From Clostridia bacterium (GTDB lineage: Bacteria; Bacillota; Clostridia; TANB77; CAG-508), in the NCBI GenBank assembly GCA_022799935.1, contig JAAWPK010000001.1:8980-72979 (forward strand): a stretch of 64,000 nt of DNA, in the 5' to 3' direction. Shown piece by piece: positions 1 to 11,563 of this stretch. Each line of letters begins with the position of its first letter. Positions within the stretch are counted from its first letter, which is position 1. The position numbers were made by a program, and so were the translations under genes. Below the pieces are notes generated by a model, which did not search any database, was not told the DNA's origin, and saw nothing but the letters and a program-made list of their open reading frames with translations.

Positions 1-157
1 CTACTTCTTCTAAAAGTTTTTTTTCAGCTGTAAAAGAAAACTGTTCTGGTGTAATTATATAAATTTTTTGCGGATTTTTTATAATACCTTTTATATATTT
101 AAACAAATATGTACTTTTTCCGCTTCCTGATCTTCCATATATTATTTTTAGTTTCAT
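1..157 (-). CDS. addB: ATP-dependent helicase/nuclease subunit B (AddB/RexB-like), N-terminal fragment; gene runs off the left edge
   Basis: Minus-strand ATG at 155-157. Translation is MKLKIIYGRSGSGKSTYLFKYIKGIIKNPQKIYIITPEQFSFTAEKKLLEEV, with an N-terminal P-loop (GRSGSGKS) followed by a PEQ motif as in AddB. Contains an in-frame CCG (Pro) and an out-of-frame AGC GGA, both harmless. Confidence 0.5.
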   Translation of the reverse strand, partial: MKLKIIYGRSGSGKSTYLFKYIKGIIKNPQKIYIITPEQFSFTAEKKLLEEV

Positions 158-303
158 AGCTGTATTTTATCATAAAACAAATAAAATAACTAGTCTTATT
201 TTGATGTAAAATAATATTCAAAGATAAATGTTAAAATGTGTTGAAATTTTTCCACTTTTAGTATATAGTTTAAGTGGATTATTATAATTTTTTGAGGTGA
301 ACT

Positions 304-2560
304 ATGAAAAAAAATGTAGAAGATAAGATTAATAGCAAGTTTGAGGATCACAAACATTACAAATTGAATTTTAAATGGATTATTACTTTATTTACTGTAA
401 TTCTTATTCTCTCCTTTGTATATGTTAAGTTTATTCAAGACTTAACTTACAGAAACATTTATAATAATATAACTGAACTTAGTGAACAAACTGCAACTCA
501 GTTAAATCAAGTTATAATTAGCCAAGAAAGGTTTGTTGAAACCATAGTAAGCTCAATCGAAAGTGACCTTTTTGATTCAATAGATGAGATATTCAGAAGA
601 TATAGAGGTGATTTAGATAACTATCATTTTACAAGACTAGCTATATTAGATGAAAATGGAAATGGCTTAACAAGTGATGGCTATCCAGTTGAAGACTATG
701 AAGGAATAGAAGATTTTTTTGATATTAATACAATTCAACTTTCTGATAGTAGACCAAGTACTGTTTCTAATAATACTAATGTAAATGTTTATTCTAAAAC
801 CTTTACATTCAAAGGAAAAAAAATGGTTTTATTTGCAACTATCTTAACTGATCATTACAATGAAATTTTGCTTAGAAGACTATTTAATGGTGAAGGAGGT
901 ACTTACTTAATCAATAATGATGGAGAAGTCCTTATAGATTCTTTTGGTGTTATAACAGAAGATAATGTTAGTTTATACGATTTTATTAAAGAAAATCATA
1001 ATATAACAGATAATAGAGATTTAGAAAATATTGAAACTATGAAACAGGATATCAAAAATAAAAAAGTTCGGAACATTTGATATAAAATTTGAAAAAAATA
1101 CATATTTCATACACTATGAAAAAGTTAATGTAAATGATTGGTATGTAGTCAGTGTAGCACCAGGTTCTACTATCGCTAATGAACTTCATGTGTTCTTGAT
1201 GATATCACTTGGAACTTGTTTCCTTATTAACTTTATCGTTATTGGAGTTTCTATTTACATTGATATATCTAATCAAAAGAAAAACAGAAAATTGTATAGA
1301 ATTGCATATATAGATCCTATAACAACTCTTGGAAATGAAGCTTATTTTAAAGAAAATGGTACAAATTTCTTAAAAACAGTGCAAAAAAATAGATATATTG
1401 TAGCTCTCGATATTAATAGATTTAAAGTTTTAAATAAACTTTATGGTTATGATTTTTGTAATGAAATATTAAAATCACTTGGGCAAAAACTCTTAAATTT
1501 GTTACCAGAAGACAATATAACTTGTAGAATTTCAAATGATATTTTTACTAGTATTTTCAGCTATAAAGGTAATGTAAAAGCTTTACTTGATAAGATATTT
1601 AATGAAGCTTCTAGATTACAAGTAGAAGATACAAACATTACTTTAAATTTAGCAATAGGAGTTTATAAAATAAATCAAAATGATACAGATATAAATAAGG
1701 CAATAGATAAATCATATATGGCTCGTGCAAAAATAAAAGGATTATATAATGCAAATTATTATATTTTTGATGATATATTAGAAAACAAATTACTAGATGA
1801 GCAAAAAATCGAGTCTTGCATGGAAGAAGCTTTAGAAAATAAAGAATTCAAAATATATTATCAACCAAAAACACATACAGAAACAGAAAAAGTAATAGGT
1901 GCAGAAGCTCTAGTTAGATGGTATAAAAATGGAGTAATAATTCCTCCAAATGATTTTATTCCTCTGTTTGAGAGAAATAAATTTATACTAAAACTTGATT
2001 TATATATTTTTGAGCAAGTTTGTAAAGATATCGCAAGTTGGAAAGAAACCTATGGATTTACTCCAATAATATCTATTAATGTTTCTAAAGAACATTTCAT
2101 TAATGAAAACTTTGTTGATGAGTATGTGGAAATTACTGATAAATATGGTATAGATAGATCTAAAATAGATTTAGAAATAACTGAAAGCGCAACAATTGAT
2201 GAAAATATAGATACTATAGAAATATTAAACAAAATAAAAGAAAAGGGCTTTGTAGTTTCAATTGATGACTTTGGAACAGGATATTCCTCACTAAGTATGC
2301 TCCAAAGTATGCCTCTAGACATACTTAAAATTGATAAAGTATTTGTTGATAAAGCAGACTTAAGTAGTGATAGAAATATTATAAACTATATTATGCTTAT
2401 AGCAAAAAGGCTTGGTGTAAAAACTATTGTTGAAGGTGTTGAAACTAGAGAACAAGTAGAATACATGCAAAAATTAAAATGTGATGTAATACAAGGTTAC
2501 TATTATTCAAAACCAATAACAAGAGAAGAATTTGAAGATTATTTTAATAAAAACAGATAA
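304..2560 (+). CDS. Membrane sensor protein with Cache-like domain, degenerate GGDEF and intact EAL domain (probable c-di-GMP phosphodiesterase); needs +1 recoding at CGG 1069..1071
   Basis: Track ORFs 304..1080 and 1190..2560 join when C1069 is skipped (...KNKKV|GTFDIKFEKNTYFIHYEKVNVNDWYVVSVAPG...). EAL motifs are EALVRW and DDFGTGYSSL. The GGDEF position is degenerate (SNDIF). Confidence 0.8.
1069..1071 (+). other. in-frame CGG, +1 recoding site
   Basis: GTT CGG A -> GTT (c) GGA; joins ORF 304..1080 to 1190..2560. Confidence 0.8.
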
Positions 2561-2564
2561 AAAT

Positions 2565-2600
2565 AAGAGAGTAGATTTTTAATAATTCTACTCTCTTTTA
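2565..2600. terminator. Bidirectional rho-independent terminator between convergent genes
   Basis: Hairpin AAGAGAGTAGA / TCTACTCTCTT with flanking A/T runs, lying between the stop at 2560 (+) and the stop at 2615 (-). Confidence 0.6.
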
Positions 2601-2614
2601 TATACTATCTGCTA

Positions 2615-3571
2615 CTATTTCTTACTTACTATACCTTTATATCTTTCAAATGATTCATTCCATTTTTCATACATTTCATCTTCTCTATGATCTTCTAGCA
2701 TACCTTTATCATATAAATACTTTCCAAGATATCTTGTTACTTTTAATGCTCCATAATAATTCAAATGGTCACCTGCATCACTTGTTTCTGTACGCCAGTT
2801 AATTTTTAGCTCTTTCCAGCGATAGTTAAAATCAAGAAACTCAATATCTTCCTCTTCTGTAAGATTTTTTATGCTATTATGATTCTTATAATTCCAGTTT
2901 TTTGTGCTTGGAGTACTAACAACAATAAGTTTAATATCATTAGCTTTACAAAATTCATTTAACACTTTCAAGTATAATTTATTTTCTCTAGGTATTTTAC
3001 CTTTTTTATCTGTATATTCCATATATCCATTATCATTTGCCTCGCAAACATCTAGAGAATATCTATATCCTTTCATATCATCAGTCCAAGTATAATCAGG
3101 TAATGTACAAAAATCATTTATGTTTAAGTTTTTCCACCTATCATGATATTCAGTGATAGGAAGTATATATCTTGCAACTTTTTCAATAGGATCTTTTAAT
3201 GATGCCTTTTTACATATATTATCTGCTTCAAGTATTACTATTTTAGGGCTCTGCTTTCTAGTTGCTGTATATACAAACTTCATACTCTCAGACAATGTTT
3301 GTCCTGAAGTACTACATACATAGCTAGTAAATCCATAATCTCTCCACAATTCCATTGGTATTATAGATGAATACGCTTCACTATTTCCTACTACTATAAC
3401 ATCTATTGTATTATCTGCTTCTCCCAGTATTCCATTAGCATAAACCTCATGTATACCAAATTCTTTAGAATTATTTTTAGGTATAAATATATATGATAAA
3501 ATTATAAGTATTAGTAATAATATAAACATAAAGCTTGTTACTTTTAATATTTTCTTTTTCAATCTATCCAC
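2615..3571 (-). CDS. DltD-like / SGNH-like membrane-anchored partner protein of the MBOAT acyltransferase
   Basis: 318 aa ORF with an N-terminal TM anchor, immediately downstream of the MBOAT gene (RBS AGGAGG overlaps the MBOAT stop). The true start may be TTG at 3562. Assignment rests on operon position and architecture only. Confidence 0.45.
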   Translation of the reverse strand: MDRLKKKILKVTSFMFILLLILIILSYIFIPKNNSKEFGIHEVYANGILGEADNTIDVIVVGNSEAYSSIIPMELWRDYGFTSYVCSTSGQTLSESMKFVYTATRKQSPKIVILEADNICKKASLKDPIEKVARYILPITEYHDRWKNLNINDFCTLPDYTWTDDMKGYRYSLDVCEANDNGYMEYTDKKGKIPRENKLYLKVLNEFCKANDIKLIVVSTPSTKNWNYKNHNSIKNLTEEEDIEFLDFNYRWKELKINWRTETSDAGDHLNYYGALKVTRYLGKYLYDKGMLEDHREDEMYEKWNESFERYKGIVSKK

Positions 3572-3574
3572 CTC

Positions 3575-5160
3575 CTAAAACTGTGCATACATTGGGTCTA
3601 CTGGTGTATATTCCACTCCATAAGCACCAAATATAAGTATTGAAATTATTAAAGAGTAGTATAAAGCCCATCTTAAAACTATGTTCTTTTTTGCTATACT
3701 TTCTCTTATATCTATCTTCTTTTCTTTTAATATACTAACTATAAATATCACAATTGTAGCAATTAGAACTATTCTAAAGTCAAATTTATCAATTCCTAAG
3801 TTTAGTATTGTTCCATCTTTGATAAGGTTGAATGAAAAATTAGTAGTCATTTCCTTAAACATCGCAAAACCAGCTTTTAATCCGTTTGCTCTAAAAAACA
3901 ATTCTCCTATAAATACTAAAACTGTAGTTCTTATTATTTGAAAACCTGTATATATAAAATTATTATTATCTATATGTAATTTATTCTTTACTTTTCCTGC
4001 AAGTGGTTCTATAATTCTTCCTGTTAAAATTAATATAAAATGATACATTCCAAAAAATATAAAATTCCATGCAGATCCATGCCATATTCCATTACATGAC
4101 CATACACAAAATAGTGCTATTGCACTTGCTACAAGTGGTCCATAAAAGTTGCCAACTTTTTTTCTTAATTTTGTTGTCAATTTCTTACATTTATCTGTTA
4201 ATGACACTGGGTAAAATATATAATCTCTAAACCATGCACCAAGTGTAATATGCCACCTTGTCCAAAACTCTGATATTGTTTTTGAAAAAAATGGCTGTCT
4301 AAAGTTTTCTGGAAGCTTAACTCCAAACATTTCTGCTATTCCGAATTACAATATCCATTGTTCCTGAGAAGTCCATATACAATTGTAATGTATATAAAAT
4401 CATTCCGAATAGCAACTATTCCGCCATCATATTTAGCATAATCTGTAAATACACTTATTATAAATGGATTTAATCTATCTGCTATTAGTCTTTTTTTCAT
4501 CATACCAAATAGCATTCTTTGCATTCCAAATGTTAAACTTCTATAATTTACTTTCTCACATTTCCATAGACTCTCTGCTGTTTCAGAATATCTACATATT
4601 GGACCTTCCATTATTTGTGGAAAGAAACTGATAAATATTGCAAGCCTTCCTAGATTTTTATCTGCTTTTATCTTTCCTTTATATACATCCATCATATATG
4701 AAATTGCTTGTAATGAGTAAAAAGATATTCCAATTGGTATTAGAAATTTACTTATCTTTAGTTCAATTGGTATATGTAGAAAGCTAAACAAACTATTTAT
4801 ATTGCTTCCAAGGAATGCTGAGTATTTTAATACTACAAGTATTCCTATTTGTATAATTATTGTAAATATTAGTCCTTTTCTTTGCTTTTTTGGTACTTTT
4901 CCCTTATTTCCTTTTTCTTTTTCAGTATTTTTTAATATCTCATCTTTCTCATTTTGTACTGCTGAAAACCATAGTCCAAAGTCATGCATACTAATTGTTG
5001 TAAATATTAAATATACAAGTAGCTTCCCACTAATTGACCAGAAAAATATATAACTTGCAAGTAGTAATATTTTCCATCTATGTTTTTGCGGTACAAGATT
5101 ATAAATTATAATTGTTAAGGGCAAAAAAGCACAAAGAAATATTATATTCCAGTATGTCAT
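3575..5160 (-). CDS. MBOAT family O-acyltransferase (DltB/AlgI-like); needs two +1 recodings at CGG 4405..4407 and 4341..4343
   Basis: Track ORFs 4336..5160 and 3575..4330 join through ...YAKYDGGIVAI|GMILYTLQLYMDFSGTMDIVI|GIAEMFGVKLPENF.... This is a typical MBOAT core (WHITLGAWFRDYIFYP, WHG) with multiple TM segments. Confidence 0.8.
4341..4343 (-). other. in-frame CGG, +1 recoding site
   Basis: ATT CGG A -> ATT (c) GGA; enters the frame of ORF 3575..4330 (GIAEMFGVKLPENF). Confidence 0.8.
4405..4407 (-). other. in-frame CGG, +1 recoding site
   Basis: ATT CGG A -> ATT (c) GGA; the MBOAT gene leaves the frame of ORF 4336..5160. Confidence 0.8.
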
Positions 5161-5163
5161 ATA

Positions 5164-5394
5164 TTAGCCTTCTTCCTGCAAACGAACTATTAAATCCCAT
5201 AAGGCTTTTGCTGAATTAAAATTGTCTGGCACTATTTCTACTGTTGGTATTTGCACATCAAATCTCTCTTCTATCTCTGCAACTAATGATATTATAGAAA
5301 GAGAATCTAAATATCCATCATCTATTAAAGTCTCACAATTTTCATAGTCTACTCCTGCTTCTATTTCTTCTAAAATCTCTAATAATTCTTCCAT
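5164..5394 (-). CDS. Acyl/D-alanyl carrier protein (DltC-like)
   Basis: 76 aa acidic protein with the phosphopantetheine-attachment context LDSLSIISLVAEIE. Sits between the decarboxylase and the MBOAT gene. Confidence 0.7.
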   Translation of the reverse strand: MEELLEILEEIEAGVDYENCETLIDDGYLDSLSIISLVAEIEERFDVQIPTVEIVPDNFNSAKALWDLIVRLQEEG

Positions 5395-5420
5395 TTCTTT
5401 TTCTCCTTTTTTATTTAATT

Positions 5421-6585
5421 TTACATATTAAGTGTATATGTTTCTATATTATCTCTAACAAATTCTATATCTTTTGTTTCTTTTATTTTAACGACTTTCG
5501 GAAGCTCTCTACTTAAAAATAACGAAATTCCTTCTGTCATACAATATGCTCCTGTATTCTCAAAAACAAATATATCTCCTATTTGCAAGTTCCCGTACTG
5601 GCATTTGTTTTACTAAAATATCATTTATTGTACATAATGATCCACACAAATTCCACTTTTCATTTTCTGGATTTTCTCTTTCAGGATATAACTTGCATTT
5701 AGGAAGTTTCATAGCCATTGATTGCCCATAATAAGTTATATGATGCATTCCACCATCTAAAATCGCATAATTTTGTCCTTTATTTGTTTTCTTATCTACA
5801 ACTTTTGTAATATACTCCCCTGAACTTGCAACTAAACTTCTCCCTAACTCCAATATTAGTTTTCCTTTAAATGTCATTTGATTTAAAATCTCTGTAAACC
5901 CATCTAAGAAACTATCTTCATCAAAATCACTATTTTGGAAATAATGTACAGGAAAACCTGGTCCAAATTCAAGTTCTTTAGATTCAAAATCATAATTTTC
6001 ATATAAGTATTTCACAAAATTTTCTACATAATCAAGCTCTCTTTGTAAATTTTTAAGTGATGTTTTTTGAGTCCCCGAAAAGTATTGTATTCCCATTATC
6101 TCTATATTCTCATAAGATTTATAATCTTTTATAATATCCTTTATATCTTCTTCATTTATTCCAAACTGATTTCCACTTGTCAGTCTTAGCATCAATTTTA
6201 TTTTTCTAGTTTTTTTCACTTCTTTTAATAATTTAAATTGCTCATTAGACTCTACTGTAAAATAGTTTGTCTCATTAGTATTTCTTATAATATCTTCAAT
6301 TACCTCTGGTGTTTTATACACACCTGTAACTAATACTTTTTCACTTTCAATATTTCTCTTTTTGCATATTTCATATTCTCCAGGAGAACATACTTCAAAT
6401 CTATCTATTTCTTTTTCTATATCTTTGATTATAAATGTATTTGCTTTTATTGCATAACACAGTTTAACTCCTTCTGGTAATTTATTTCTAAGATACTTTA
6501 TCCTTGATTTTACCTCATTTATATCAAATATATATGTTGGTGTTCCAAATTCTTTTATTACTTTTGATAATATCTTTTCTTCCAC
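5421..6585 (-). CDS. PLP-dependent decarboxylase, Orn/DAP/Arg decarboxylase (fold type III) family; needs +1 recoding at CGG 5593..5595
   Basis: PLP-lysine motif CYAIKAN near the N-terminus. The zero-frame ORF ends at 5560. Skipping the C gives ...MPV|GNLQIGDIFVFENTGAYCMTEGISLFLSR...TYTLNM*, the canonical C-terminal beta-barrel end of this family, with the stop at 5421..5423. Confidence 0.8.
5593..5595 (-). other. in-frame CGG, +1 recoding site
   Basis: GTA CGG G -> GTA (c) GGG; restores the decarboxylase C-terminus. Confidence 0.8.
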
Positions 6586-6600
6586 TGCACAAGCCTCCCT

Positions 6601-8105
6601 TTAAGTAAGTTCTTTCAATTTATTTCTATCTATTTTTCCATTTTTGTTCATTACAAATTCTTCTAGTTTTTTTAGCACATTTGGTATCATATATATTGGT
6701 AGTTCATCTTTAAGTTTAGTATGTACTTCCTCTTTTGATACATCTCCTACGAAAAATCCATATATTTTACTTTTTTCTTCCTTATATATACAACAAGCTC
6801 TTTGCAATCCATCTATTTTTTCCATTGCTCTTTCAATTTCTTCTAATTCTATTCTATGTCCCATATGTTTTATCTGAAAATCTTTTCTTCCACAAAAACA
6901 TAAATCATTATTTTCATCAAAGTAGCCAATATCGCCTGTCCTATAAATCATATCTATATATTTATCATTTAATGGATTTTGTATAAACTTATCATTTGTT
7001 TGTTTTTTGTCTTTATAATATCCTAAGGCCAAAGCAGTTCCTTTTACACATATTTCTCCAATTTGCCCTAAATTTGTTACTAGCTTATTATCCTCATTTA
7101 ATAAAAACACCATTTCATTATCAAATGCTTTACCGTGCTGGAATTTGTTTTTCATATTCTAGCTTTTTATCAACAATGTGATATGTACAATTACATGTAA
7201 TTTCTGTAGGTCCATACAAATTAACATACATCGCATTTGGCAAGTATTTTATCCATTCTTTTAAATGCTTTATTGGCATTACTTCTCCACTAAACATTAT
7301 TTTATTTATTTTTTTAGGCACTTTGTACTCTAATCCATGAAATGTCGTAATAAGACATAGAGCAGATACTGCCCATACTAATGTTGTTACTTCTTTCTCA
7401 CATATATAGTCTAAAAGTTCTGCTGGTCTTGAGAATAATCTTTTTGGTATAATTACAAGAGTTCCGCCCTGTTTTTAAACTTGAGTATATATCTTTTACA
7501 GATACATCAAAATCAAATGGTGCCTGATTTCCAATAATATCTTTATCATTTATATCAAACTTTTTTGTAAATATATCTATAAAATCAATTACAGAACGAT
7601 GTCCAACTATAACTCCTTTTGGAGTTCCTGTTGAACCAGATGTAAAATTTGCATATAAAGGATCTAAATCCAAAGATTTATTTCTTATTTCTTCTAATTT
7701 TTCTTCATCTATTGGGTAATTTTTAATTTCTTCTATTTTTATTATTATTTGATTTGTTCTTAACTTTTCTGAAAGCTCAAGATTTTTCTCATCTGTTATA
7801 ATTACTTTAGCTTCTAAACTTTCTAATATTTTCTCAAGTCTTACATTTGGAAGTTCTGGATTTAATAAAGAATAAAAGCCTCCTGCATATACCGTTCCCA
7901 AGAATGCATATAATGTATTTATTCCCTTTTCCATTATTATTGCAACAGGTTCTCTTGCAGATATATATTTTGTAAGTTTACTTCCAATACTTTTACTATT
8001 TTTCATTAGTTCAAAATATGTACTACACTTTTCCTCTTCAATGATTGCAATTTTTTCACCATTTTCTATTGCATTTTGTTCTAAGTATTCTAATACATTT
8101 TTCAC
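6601..8105 (-). CDS. Amino-acid adenylating enzyme / carrier-protein ligase (DltA-like, AMP-binding family); needs +1 recodings at CGG 7464..7466 and 7133..7135
   Basis: Three track ORFs (7398..8105, 7130..7321, 6601..7155) join as ...SLKTG|GTLVIIPKRLFSRPAELLDY... and ...KQIPA|GKAFDNEMVFLL.... AMP-binding motifs present: TSGSTGTPKG, YGPTE, YRTGD, GRKDFQIKHMGHRIELEEIE. Confidence 0.85.
7133..7135 (-). other. in-frame CGG, +1 recoding site
   Basis: GCA CGG T -> GCA (c) GGT; joins ORF 7130..7321 to 6601..7155. Confidence 0.8.
7464..7466 (-). other. in-frame CGG, +1 recoding site
   Basis: GGG CGG A -> GGG (c) GGA; joins ORF 7398..8105 to 7130..7321. Confidence 0.8.
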
Positions 8106-8122
8106 TTCATTACTTTCCTTTC

Positions 8123-9670
8123 TTATTTTTCAGGCAAATATATATCAAATTCAGTTACATACCCATTCTCAGGTTTATCATTAAGTACAATACTTCCTTT
8201 ATGTAATTTCATAATATTTTTAGCTATAGCCATTCCAAGACCGCTTCCTTCTCCTGATGTTCTTGCTTCATTTGTAGTAACAAATGGCTCAAATATTGAG
8301 TCTCTTATCTCTTTTGAAATTCCTATCCCATTATCTGCTATTATAATCTTTATCTGTGTTTCTATTTTTTCAATTCTAAACAATATGTTAGTACCACTTT
8401 TGTTATACTTAAGGGTATTAGATATTAAATTATCATAAAGTCTAACAATAAGTTCTGTATCTATCATACATTTACACTCTTCATCTAATATCTCAAGTTT
8501 TAAAATAAATCCTTTAGATGTAATTTCATGTTCTTTATTTTCCATATATTGTTTTGAAAACTTATTTATATCTTTTTCTACTAACTTAATCCTATATTCT
8601 GGATGTTCTAGCTTTGTATACTCAACTAATCTATCTACTAGATCTGTTGAAAGAGCAGCTTTATCATATATTGAATCTATATATTGTATCATTTTATCTT
8701 CTGGCACTATATTATCTTTAAAAGCTTGTGCATATCCCATTATTGCTGTCATTGGAGTCTTCAAATCATGTGATATATTCGCAATAATCTTATTTTTTTC
8801 TAAATTTGTTTTTTCTATTTTTTCTAATAGATCCTTAAATCTCTTTGCTGTTGGTCTAAATTCTACTGCTATTTCCTCATCAATATTTTCTATTATATCT
8901 TTATTATTCTCATAATAATTTATAATTGTATCTAGAGGTTCTATACTCTTTCTTAGCCTTTTTCTATATAATAAACTTTCAATTATAATAACTGCTATAA
9001 CTAAAGGTATAGCTATTATATATATGTTATCTACCCTTGTTAAAGCTCTTCCATAATTTTCACTTGAGAATATGGGATTTATAAACACAAGTATTCTCTT
9101 TTCTCCATTTACTGTCTCATACTCATATTTTTCTATTCCATAATCTTCCTCATAATTGTCACTTATTAGATTAAATTCAAATTCTGTAAGTTCAGTCTTT
9201 TCTCCAAATAAAGTTCCTTCTAAAACTTTTAACTCATAACTAACTATTGCATAATCCTCTAATCTTTCTCCATTTTCTTCATTTTTTATCTTCATTATGT
9301 AATATACTTTTGTTTTATTTTTTTTCATAAAATTATATACTTCATAGTGCTCACCCTGTAAATAGTTATTTATATACTCAATATCACTTTCTTTAATTTG
9401 ATTTTCAATGTTTTTGTCTGATGCAAATAATACTTTATATTCTTCATCATATATTAATATTTTAGAAGTTTTAAACTTTCCAAGTGGTATTTTTTCAAAT
9501 TCATCATTTAATAATCTGTCTTCATAATCTAAAAGTTCAGATATAGTTGGAAAGCTCATCTCTAATGTATCATTTGCAAATGAATATATTAATATAAATA
9601 TTACAAATATTACTATCAACGAAACCATACTTTGTATTGCACATTCTCTTACAAAGCTCTTTTTCTTCAC
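8123..9670 (-). CDS. Sensor histidine kinase (two TM segments, HisKA + HATPase_c)
   Basis: 515 aa uninterrupted ORF with H-box ISHDLKTPMT and G-box GSGLGMAIAKNI. The only CCG on the plus strand (8241) is out of frame. Confidence 0.85.
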   Translation of the reverse strand: MKKKSFVRECAIQSMVSLIVIFVIFILIYSFANDTLEMSFPTISELLDYEDRLLNDEFEKIPLGKFKTSKILIYDEEYKVLFASDKNIENQIKESDIEYINNYLQGEHYEVYNFMKKNKTKVYYIMKIKNEENGERLEDYAIVSYELKVLEGTLFGEKTELTEFEFNLISDNYEEDYGIEKYEYETVNGEKRILVFINPIFSSENYGRALTRVDNIYIIAIPLVIAVIIIESLLYRKRLRKSIEPLDTIINYYENNKDIIENIDEEIAVEFRPTAKRFKDLLEKIEKTNLEKNKIIANISHDLKTPMTAIMGYAQAFKDNIVPEDKMIQYIDSIYDKAALSTDLVDRLVEYTKLEHPEYRIKLVEKDINKFSKQYMENKEHEITSKGFILKLEILDEECKCMIDTELIVRLYDNLISNTLKYNKSGTNILFRIEKIETQIKIIIADNGIGISKEIRDSIFEPFVTTNEARTSGEGSGLGMAIAKNIMKLHKGSIVLNDKPENGYVTEFDIYLPEK

Positions 9671-9687
9671 TTTGTTTCACACCCTTT

Positions 9688-10375
9688 TTATTGTTTCTCT
9701 ATCATATATCCGAACACCTCTTATAGTTTTTACATAATCTTCGTCATTATCACTTTTAAGTTTTGTTCTTATATTAGATATATGTACCATTATGGTATTT
9801 GCATCTGTTTCAAAATATCCGTCATTTATACACTCATATAGCATTTCTTTTGTAAATGTTTTTCCTGGCTCTTTCATCATTTTGACTAGAATTTTAAGCT
9901 CTGTATTTGTTAATTGCACTACTTTTCCATTTTTCTTTATAAGATATTCATCTTCATCAAATTCTAAATCAGAAACACTAATTTTCCTCTTAAGCTTTTC
10001 TTCTTCATATTGATAACATCTTCTTAATATTGCATTAACATTTGCAACTACTTCTAATGGTTTAAATGGTTTTGTAACATATGCATCTGCTCCAATATCC
10101 AGCCCTAATACTTTGTCCTCTTCCATATTTTTTGCAGATAATATAATGATTGGAACATTACTATCTTTTCTTATTTTTTTTATCAATTCATGACCATTCA
10201 TAATTGGCATCATTATATCTGCTATTATCAAATGAATTTTTTCTTTTTCTAGTATTTTCATTGCTTCTTTTCCATTTTTAGCTTTCTTAACTTCAAAGCC
10301 ATCATTTTCTAAATATAAAGTTAATATTTCTAATATATCTTTATCGTCCTCTGCAATTAATATCTTACGGCTCAC
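9688..10375 (-). CDS. OmpR-family response regulator; C-terminus requires +1 recoding at CGG 9710..9712
   Basis: Receiver domain (ILIAEDD..., DIMMP) plus winged-helix domain. The zero frame reads ...KTIRGVRIYDRETIKRV*. Skipping the C gives ...KTIRGV|GYMIEKQ*, restoring the family-typical RGVGY ending, with the stop at 9688..9690. Confidence 0.85.
9710..9712 (-). other. in-frame CGG, +1 recoding site (cryptic, no ORF break)
   Basis: GTT CGG A -> GTT (c) GGA TAT; restores RGV|GY in the response regulator. Confidence 0.75.
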
Positions 10376-10508
10376 TTATTTTTACCTCTTTTTTATTTTT
10401 AATTATATCATAATTTGTATTTGTCAATTCTTAAGTTTTCTTAAACTTTCTTAAAGATTTCTGTCGAAAAAAAGAGGCTTCCTTCACTTTTGAAGTACCC
10501 TCTTTTTC

Positions 10509-11373
10509 TTATGCTTCTCTTTTCCAATAGAATAAATATTGCTGAGCAAGTCCTGCAAGTTCTGCATATTTCTCCTTTGCTAAGTCTTGTAACAATTTTT
10601 TTGACACTTTGTTTTCATCATCCATTTTTATATATAGCTCGTTCATAACTCTTCTAACCCATACATCTATTGGAAATACATTATATTTTTTTAAAGAAAA
10701 TAGCATTATGCAATCTGCAACTTTTCCTCCTACTCCTGATAATGTCATTAACTTTTCTCTTAAAATATCTGTATTTTTTTCACTTTCTAATTCTTCTAAT
10801 GTTATTTCATTATTTATAAACATTTTTGTTGTTTCATATATTCTCTTGTCTCTAAACCCTAAGCCTAATGCTCTTAGTTCTTCTACTGTTGCTTTTTCTA
10901 AGCTTTCCATTTTAGGGAATGTATAATATTCTTTATTTCTGTATTCTATTTTTTCTCCATATTTTTTAGAAATTCTATCTATAATGCCTTTTATTCTAGG
11001 TATATTATTATTTGCAGAAATAATAAATGATATTATTGTTTCCCATAAGTCCTGATTTAATATTCTTATTCCATTACCATACTCTATACTAGTTTTTAAA
11101 TAATTGTCTATTTTTGATAATTTACATTTTATTTCTTCATAATTAGTATTTAAATCAAAATAATCTGCAACTATTTCTTCTATTTTTCCATCACATACAC
11201 CTTCAAAAATTATCTTATTATTTTCTTTTTTTACATTTAGTACATTACTTTTAAAAATCCCTGTATAGCTTCCGGTCTTCTTCTCTATTCCATCTAAAAC
11301 ATTGACCACATTCAAAAATATGTACAGGCTCAAAAGAACTGCAATTCTCTAGTATATATTTTTGTTCTTTCAT
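10509..11373 (-). CDS. ogg: 8-oxoguanine DNA glycosylase/AP lyase (HhH-GPD family); needs +1 recoding at CGG 11272..11274
   Basis: ATG at 11373 gives MKEQKYILENCSSFEPVHIFECGQCFRWNREED, then CGG. Skipping the C continues |GSYTGIFKSNVLNV... into track ORF 10509..11333. HhH-GPD element LSGVGGKVADCIMLF is present. Confidence 0.75.
11272..11274 (-). other. in-frame CGG, +1 recoding site
   Basis: GAC CGG A -> GAC (c) GGA; joins the ogg N-terminal 33 codons to ORF 10509..11333. Confidence 0.75.
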
Positions 11374-11563
11374 ATTATTTCTCCTATTTTTTAAGGATAG
11401 AATTTTCTAATCCTATCCTTATTTATAAATCTTTCTTAACTTTCTAAAAAACAATTACAGCAAAGCAATCCAAACAAAAAATTGAAAATATACTTTCTGC
11501 ACATCTTAAGAATTTCTTGCCTAAAGATAACACTATAATACATTGTTTATTTTGAAAATTCTT

